Source: Parcubacteria bacterium C7867-004 (GTDB taxonomy: Bacteria; Patescibacteriota; Minisyncoccia; Phycocordibacterales; Phycocordibacteraceae). From it: a DNA stretch of 64,000 bases. The translations under genes and the position numbers were made by a program. Where the stretch lies: contig LFCN01000006.1 of NCBI GenBank assembly GCA_001189075.1, positions 321,746 through 385,745 of the forward strand, read 5' to 3'. The notes beneath the pieces were generated by a model. It saw nothing but the letters and a program-made list of their open reading frames with translations, searched no databases and had not been told where the DNA came from. Position 1 is the first letter of the stretch. Each line of letters begins with the position of its first letter. Positions 58,254 through 64,000 of this stretch are shown here, piece by piece.

Positions 58254-59864
58254 TTATTTTGCCTTCCTGCCTCCTCTCTTCAGCTTCTTCGCTGTCTTCG
58301 CGGACTCTGCCGCTGACGGACGTGCACGGTCGCTCACTTCAAGCCGTGCGCGGATATGGCGACGTGCCATCGACGTGCGCGCATACTCGAGCCACTTGGC
58401 GGTTGGGTGTGCGGACTTGCTCTTGATTATGTCGATGATATCTCCGTTACGAAGCTTCGTATCGAACGTAACAAGCTTGCCGTTCACTTTCGCTCCCTGC
58501 ATGTGGTCTCCCAGATCGCTATGTATGGCGTACGCGAAATCTATCGGCGTCGATTCGGTCGGAAGGTCGATGACATCTCCCTTCGGGGTGAATATGAATA
58601 TGCGATGCGAGAAGAAGTCTGATTTGAGTCCCTCGACGAAATCCTCGGACGCTACTTCCGAGTGCGCCTCCTTGAGGTCCGTGAGCCACTGCGGCACATC
58701 CGGCATGTTGGTGGCACCTCGTGCAGTTGTTTCCATGCTCTTTGCTCCCGGGCGCATGTTGAGGAGTCCGGGAACAAGGTCGCGCACCCAGGGAAAGGAG
58801 AGCCGCTGGAAGGCATTCTTGCTGCTGTCTTTAACGAGCGCTTTGTAAGACATGTGGGACGCGATACCGAACTGCGCACGCTGATGCATTTCTTTGGTGC
58901 GTACCTGCATCTCGACGATGCCAGCTTCGCCGGTAACAACGGTGGTGTGGAGCGACTGGTACCCGTTCGGTTTCGGGAAGGAGATGTAATCCTTGAACTC
59001 GCCCGGCAGCGGCTTCCAGAGGGCGTGTATGACGCCCAGGGCGGTATAGCAGTCGTCGATGGTAGGGACAACTACGCGCAGCGCCGCGATGTCGTGGATG
59101 AGCGTGATGTCATCATTCTTGCGTGCAAGCTTCTGATGCAGGCTCCAGAGGCCTTTCATGCGGATCGAGGTAGCGAAGTCCTTAACGCCCTTTCGGGCGA
59201 GCGCATGCTGCAAATCTTTCTGTACGCGGGCGAGTCCTGCTTCGGTCTCTTTGGACTTGAGCTTTCGTACTTCAACCGCGTGAGCGTAGGCATCGGGATC
59301 GATCGCCGGGAACGCGAGGTCCTCAAGCTCCTTCTTCATGGATCCCATACCGAGCCGGTCCGCGATTGGCGCATAGATCTCGAGGGTCTCGAGCGCGATG
59401 CGCTTGCGCTTCAATTCTGGGACATGCTCGAGTGTAGTCATGTTGTGATACCGGTCGGCGAGCTTGATGATCAGTACGCGAACATCCGCGGAAGTAGCAA
59501 CTAAGAGGCGACGAAGCGATTCCGCATGGCGCTCACCGCCTTGGTACTTGTGCTTTCCGAGCTTGGTAACGCCTTCGACGAGAAAGAGCACCTCCGCACC
59601 GAGTTCGGCTTCGACTTCCTCGGGTGTTGCCTTGGCGTCCTCTATGGCGTCATGGAGAAGCGCTGCCGCTACCGTGCGCGCGTCCATGCCGAGTTCTGCG
59701 AGGTGCTTGGCTACGGCAGCAGGATGGATGAAATACGGTTCGCCGGAGTAGCGGAGGTGACCGGCATGCGCTTTCGCGCCGAAATCATAGGCTTTGAGGA
59801 TAAGTGCCTCGTCGCCCGGTTCGAGCGAACTCATCGACGCGATGATCTCCTTAGCCGTCGTCAT
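58254..59864 (-). CDS. rel: bifunctional (p)ppGpp synthetase/hydrolase (HD+SYNTH+TGS, no ACT)
   Basis: R.SGEPYF.HP, LLHDAIED, KLADRYHNM, PKPNGYQSLHT, EMQVRT, FTPKG..DFAYAIHS. Confidence 0.92.
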   Translation of the reverse strand: MTTAKEIIASMSSLEPGDEALILKAYDFGAKAHAGHLRYSGEPYFIHPAAVAKHLAELGMDARTVAAALLHDAIEDAKATPEEVEAELGAEVLFLVEGVTKLGKHKYQGGERHAESLRRLLVATSADVRVLIIKLADRYHNMTTLEHVPELKRKRIALETLEIYAPIADRLGMGSMKKELEDLAFPAIDPDAYAHAVEVRKLKSKETEAGLARVQKDLQHALARKGVKDFATSIRMKGLWSLHQKLARKNDDITLIHDIAALRVVVPTIDDCYTALGVIHALWKPLPGEFKDYISFPKPNGYQSLHTTVVTGEAGIVEMQVRTKEMHQRAQFGIASHMSYKALVKDSSKNAFQRLSFPWVRDLVPGLLNMRPGAKSMETTARGATNMPDVPQWLTDLKEAHSEVASEDFVEGLKSDFFSHRIFIFTPKGDVIDLPTESTPIDFAYAIHSDLGDHMQGAKVNGKLVTFDTKLRNGDIIDIIKSKSAHPTAKWLEYARTSMARRHIRARLEVSDRARPSAAESAKTAKKLKRGGRKAK

Positions 59865-59944
59865 GCATGAAGCATACTGCGAACCCGCCAACCTGCAACT
59901 TCATGTTCTTAGAAGTGGTATAAGAATATGAAGGGAGTATGTAG

Positions 59945-60106
59945 ATGTCCTTTGTAAAAGTTGCGTGGTGTAACCGCTGCGGCCTCGTTCACCCTCATGA
60001 TGACGAAAAGCCGTGTGCGGAGCAGCTCGAGTACATCATCGAACAATCAAAACCAGAAACCCGCGAGGGTCATCTGGTCGTCCATCACCTGGATCTTGCC
60101 GATTGA
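59945..60106 (+). CDS. 53-aa putative zinc-binding small protein (not in ORF track)
   Basis: AAGGGAG SD; MSFVKVAWCNRCGLVHPHDDEKPC...; hairpin TCCCACGC..GCGTGGGA downstream. Confidence 0.55.
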   Translation: MSFVKVAWCNRCGLVHPHDDEKPCAEQLEYIIEQSKPETREGHLVVHHLDLAD

Positions 60107-60144
60107 TCCGGACCGCATTTCATCCCACGCACGCGTGGGATTTT

Positions 60145-62523
60145 CTATTTCAGGTACTCTGCTGCCTCCAGAGGGGTGAGTGCATCAGCATCCTGGCTCT
60201 CAGGAAGGTAGATGCGGCGCAGTCCTTTCTTAAGGAAAAGGCCCGCCTTCGACTTGTAAAGTACGAGTGACTTTCCCGTCTTCGGGTGCTTGCCGATCTC
60301 GCGGACGATGTCGACGCCCTTGGGTGGACGCTTGGGCTCCGCGAGGATCTCTACCGCCCGGTCGAGCGTGACAGTATACGGGTCGTCAGGAGTCTTGAGC
60401 GACCTGAACTCGCCGTCATGCCCGACATACGGACCGAAGCGTCCGACGTTCGCCATGATGGGCTTGCTGGTACCGGGATGATTCCCGAGTTCGCGAGGAA
60501 GCGAGAGGTAATGCAGCGCATCAGCGAGCGTGACGCTCGACAGATCGGTGCCCGGCGGGATGCTGGCGCGCTTGAGCGCCTTCTTCGGTCGCCCGCGCGC
60601 TTTCTTTGGCTTACCGGTCTTTGTGAGCTCGATTGGTGCTTCTACTTCAGGAAGCTCCATCTCGACATAGGGTCCGTAGCGTCCGGTCTTAACGAAGATC
60701 GCGCTTCCGGTTACGGGGTCGTTTCCGATAGGCTCGTCGCTCTTAAGCTCGGTGCCGTCTTCCTGACGAGCTCCCACGCAGTCGGGGTACTTCGTACAGC
60801 TCATGAATATGCCGCCACGACCGAGCTTGAACTCCATTGTTGCGCTACAGATAGGGCAGGAGAATTCTTCAGGTACCGGACCGAGTGAGGTGGCTTTCGG
60901 AAGCTTATCTTTTGAGGCTACTTCCTTTGAGAACGGTCCATAGAACTCAGATAGGGTATCCTCATACCCGCGTTCGCCGCGCGCTATCTCGTCGAGCTCG
61001 TCCTCCATCTCCGCCGTGAACTCGTCCGATATGTATTTCGCAAAGTGTTCCTCAAGCCAGCCGGACACAACCATGCCGGTTGCCGTCGGCGTGAGTGTGC
61101 GTCCCGTCTTCTCGACATAGCCGCGATCCTGAATGGTCTTCATGATGGACGCATACGTCGACGGGCGTCCGATACCGCGCTTCTCGAGTTCTTTAACGAG
61201 TCCTGCCTCGGTGTACCGATTGTGTGGCTCGGTCTGCTTTTCGAGCGAACCGAGCGAGATGAGCGTGAGCGCTTCTCCTTCGAGAAGTTTTGGAAGCTCG
61301 ACATCCTCGCCTCGCGCTCGCGTATCGCAGGCAAGCCATCCCGGGAAGATCACGCGAGAGCCATTCGCTGAGAACTGCGGGATTATCGCATCAGCTTGCG
61401 CCTTCACGCTCGTCTTCGAGAGCTTCGCGGAAGCCATCTGGGACGCCAGCGTGCGTATGCGGATGAGCTCATAGAGCCTCGTCTCGTCCGGGGTCGATCC
61501 TGCATTCGTTTTTGTGGGATCGGTAGGACGCACGGCCTCATGCGCTTCCTGCGCATTCTTACTCTTGGTCTTGTACACGCGCGCCTGCGCGTATTCTGCA
61601 CCGAACTCTTTCGTAACCACTTCGAGCATTTTCTTTGCCGCTTCTTCGCCGAGATTCACGGAGTCGGTACGCATGTAGGTGATGTGTCCTGCTTCATAGA
61701 GCTTCTGGGCGGCACGCATGGTGCGTGATGGAGAGAACCCGAGACGGCTCGAGCCCGCCTGCTGCAGGGTGGAGGTGGTGAACGGCGGGCGCGGCTGGCG
61801 CTCCTCGTCGCGCTCGCGGACTTCAGCGACGTGCCATGCGCTAGCGCGTCCGAGCGTAACGATGCGCTCCGCCTCTTCCGCGGTTGCGGGCTCTTCGACG
61901 CAGGTAGCAGGGAATTCGGTTCCGCCTTTCGCTTTGAAGAGCGCGTCGAGGGTGAAGTACGTGACGGGTATAAACGCTTTGATCTCGCGTTCGCGCTCGG
62001 CGAGTATGCGGAGCGCCGGCGACTGTACGCGCCCTGCAGAAAGTCCGTAACGGACTTTCTTCCAAATGAGACCCGAGAGGTCGTAGCCCACGAGACGGTC
62101 GAGCACACGGCGGGCTTCCTGGGCGCGCCTCAGGTGCTCGTCGATAGCACGCGGATGCGCGATAGCTTCCTCGACCGCTGCCTTGGTTATCTCGTGGAAG
62201 ACCACGCGCTGCGGCTTCTTGAGACCTACCGCTTCTTTAACGTGCCAAGCGATAGCCTCGCCTTCGCGGTCGGGGTCCGTCGCGAGGAAGATCTCGTCGG
62301 CCTTGGCGGCTGCGCGTTGGATTTTCTCGATAACCTCCCGCTTATCAGCGGATACGACATAGCGCGGTTTGAAACCGTTCTCGATGTCGACTGCGTCCTT
62401 ATTCGACTTCGGAAGATCACGCACGTGGCCCACGGACGCAAGCACCTCGTAGTCTTTTCCGAGGTACTGCTGGATGGTGCGCGCTTTCGCGGGCGACTCG
62501 ACGATTAGGAGACGTTTAGCCAT
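60145..62523 (-). CDS. topA: DNA topoisomerase I
   Basis: IVESPAKA, ATDPDREGE, SAGRVQS, ITYMRTD, one Zn ribbon, GRYGPYV C-terminal repeats. Confidence 0.97.
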   Translation of the reverse strand: MAKRLLIVESPAKARTIQQYLGKDYEVLASVGHVRDLPKSNKDAVDIENGFKPRYVVSADKREVIEKIQRAAAKADEIFLATDPDREGEAIAWHVKEAVGLKKPQRVVFHEITKAAVEEAIAHPRAIDEHLRRAQEARRVLDRLVGYDLSGLIWKKVRYGLSAGRVQSPALRILAEREREIKAFIPVTYFTLDALFKAKGGTEFPATCVEEPATAEEAERIVTLGRASAWHVAEVRERDEERQPRPPFTTSTLQQAGSSRLGFSPSRTMRAAQKLYEAGHITYMRTDSVNLGEEAAKKMLEVVTKEFGAEYAQARVYKTKSKNAQEAHEAVRPTDPTKTNAGSTPDETRLYELIRIRTLASQMASAKLSKTSVKAQADAIIPQFSANGSRVIFPGWLACDTRARGEDVELPKLLEGEALTLISLGSLEKQTEPHNRYTEAGLVKELEKRGIGRPSTYASIMKTIQDRGYVEKTGRTLTPTATGMVVSGWLEEHFAKYISDEFTAEMEDELDEIARGERGYEDTLSEFYGPFSKEVASKDKLPKATSLGPVPEEFSCPICSATMEFKLGRGGIFMSCTKYPDCVGARQEDGTELKSDEPIGNDPVTGSAIFVKTGRYGPYVEMELPEVEAPIELTKTGKPKKARGRPKKALKRASIPPGTDLSSVTLADALHYLSLPRELGNHPGTSKPIMANVGRFGPYVGHDGEFRSLKTPDDPYTVTLDRAVEILAEPKRPPKGVDIVREIGKHPKTGKSLVLYKSKAGLFLKKGLRRIYLPESQDADALTPLEAAEYLK

Positions 62524-62559
62524 GTGTTACTAAGACATACCGCGCATACCTATATATGG

Positions 62560-63273
62560 TCAAGGAACAGCACGCATACTTGCCGCAACCGTCGTGTCTG
62601 TTTTTAGCTCAGGAATACCTAGCACTTCGAGTATATGACTCGGCTCAGATACGAGAATGGCGCCGAGCCGGATGAATAGGTGTCCTCCGAAACCGTGCGG
62701 GTCTCCGATGCGGTGAGGAATACACAGGAGATCGCGGTTGTAGTCAGCGGCAAGGCGCGCGGTTATGAGCGTTCCTGACTTCGGTCCCGCTTCGATAATC
62801 AGTACTGCATCAGCGAGACCTGCCATAATGCGGTTGCGTGACGGAAAGTCCGTGGGTCGCGACATATGACCTGGCTCATGTTCGGAAAGAAGCAGACCGC
62901 CCTTGTGCACGATCTCCTTTGCGAGACCCAGGTTCGTCCGCGGCCCGATAGTGCTATCGTTAAGTCCTGAACCCGGCACAGCGATTGTGTGCATTCCGTA
63001 TGCGAGCGCGGCTCGGTGAGCGACCGCGTCCGCGCCGAGCGCGAGACCGGAAACGATTGATATCGGATATCCTGCCAGTCCCGCTATCATCTCCTCGCAC
63101 GCGTACTGTCCGTAGCTTGAGAGCGCTCTTGATCCCACTACCGCAAGCATCTTAGTTCCGTCTGGAGGAAAGGCACCCTTCATCCACAACCTCTCAGGCG
63201 GGTTCGGTATCTCAAGTAGCTGCCCAATTCCTCGCTCCGCATACTCCTCTTTTTCAATGGTCTCTATTTCCAT
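62560..63273 (-). CDS. dprA: DNA-processing protein DprA (Rossmann core only)
   Basis: AVVGSR, IVSGLALGADAVAH, FPSRNRIMAGL, KSGTLITA; upstream of topA. Confidence 0.93.
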   Translation of the reverse strand: MEIETIEKEEYAERGIGQLLEIPNPPERLWMKGAFPPDGTKMLAVVGSRALSSYGQYACEEMIAGLAGYPISIVSGLALGADAVAHRAALAYGMHTIAVPGSGLNDSTIGPRTNLGLAKEIVHKGGLLLSEHEPGHMSRPTDFPSRNRIMAGLADAVLIIEAGPKSGTLITARLAADYNRDLLCIPHRIGDPHGFGGHLFIRLGAILVSEPSHILEVLGIPELKTDTTVAASMRAVP

Positions 63274-63372
63274 TCCCTAAGTATGCAAAACGGAGATAGT
63301 GAAAAGATAAAATATCTTCCCGCTACCGCAGCGCTTTTCCGCTAGGCTGCCGTACCGTACAATGTAGACCAC

Positions 63373-64000
63373 ATGCTCGACATCCATTTTATCCGCGAAA
63401 ACGCTGACCTCGTTAAGGCAGGTGCTGCTAAAAAGCACATAGAAATCGATATCGATCGCCTCCTTGCGGTCGATGACGAGCGCAAGGTCCTGCGTCAGCA
63501 GCTTGATGAGAAGCGCGCCGAGCAGAATCGCGCGAGTCAGACTATTGCGCTTGCGAAGGGAGAAGAGAAAGAGAAGCTGCTCGAAGCGATGCGTTTTGTA
63601 AAGGAAAGCATGCAGGAGCTTGAAGAGAAGTACAAAGCGGCTCTCGAAGAGTGGCAGAAGCTCATGCTGCTTGTGCCTAACCTCCCGGATATGACCGTAC
63701 CGGACGGAGACTCGGATAACGATAATGTCGAGGTGCGCGTATGGGGAGACCGCAAGGAATTCTCCTTTACCCCAAAGGATCACGTCGAGTTAATGACAAA
63801 TAATGGCATGGCTGACTTCGAGCGCGGAGCGAAGGTTGCCGGATTTCGTGGGTACTTCCTTAAGGGGGACGGCGCGATCTTGCAGTTCGGCATAATGCAA
63901 TTCCTGCAGAACCATTTCGTACAGAAGAATGCGAAGGGAGATACATGGATCCCCATGGTGGTCCCGTCTCTGGTGCGGCGCGAAGGATTCATGGGTACTG
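63373..64000 (+). CDS. serS: serine--tRNA ligase, 3'-truncated by window edge
   Basis: MLDIHFIRENADLVK.., coiled-coil arm, VPNLP...VPDG..DNDNVEVR.WG, PKDHVEL, GAKVAG.RGYFL. Confidence 0.93.
   Translation, partial: MLDIHFIRENADLVKAGAAKKHIEIDIDRLLAVDDERKVLRQQLDEKRAEQNRASQTIALAKGEEKEKLLEAMRFVKESMQELEEKYKAALEEWQKLMLLVPNLPDMTVPDGDSDNDNVEVRVWGDRKEFSFTPKDHVELMTNNGMADFERGAKVAGFRGYFLKGDGAILQFGIMQFLQNHFVQKNAKGDTWIPMVVPSLVRREGFMGT

Noticed and set aside
63277-63783. 168-aa minus-strand ORF
   Set aside because: Antisense to serS, which is missing from the track only because it runs off the window

Overview
This is a chromosomal window from a small-genome bacterium, most likely Patescibacteria/CPR (Parcubacteria-like). 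That assignment is inferred from the minimal IF-2, short ValRS, four-domain-type S1, degenerate HisRS paralog, tandem VirB2-like pilins and MEMO-CapA fusion; TGA acts as a stop codon. The window is dense in housekeeping genes (valS, tsaD, ahcY, tsaC, ftsZ/ftsA, ybeY, rpsU, lepB, pth, rpsA, gyrA, alr, rbfA, infB, clpB, rpmG, miaA, ahpC, parB, rel, topA, dprA, partial serS) and carries 11 tRNA genes. I found no rRNA, CRISPR array or transposase. Most notable signals: (1) five tandem VirB2/TrbC-like pilins, plus a second locus where a duplicated pilin-like module is fused to two different peptidoglycan hydrolases; (2) three tRNAs with the same A31-C39 mismatch, plus C29-A41 in tRNA-Glu, a possible sign of C-to-U/pseudouridine editing; (3) a tandem array of self-contained promoter-ORF-double-terminator cassettes at 27.7-29.2 kb; (4) an alphaproteobacterial-type PEPxxWA-CTERM gene; (5) AT-rich putative endonucleases next to tRNAs, one of which uses a tRNA anticodon as its stop codon; (6) core genes that look leaderless while orphan genes carry SD sequences; (7) several unannotated sRNA and small-ORF candidates. 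All calls come from reading motifs by eye, with no database searches.
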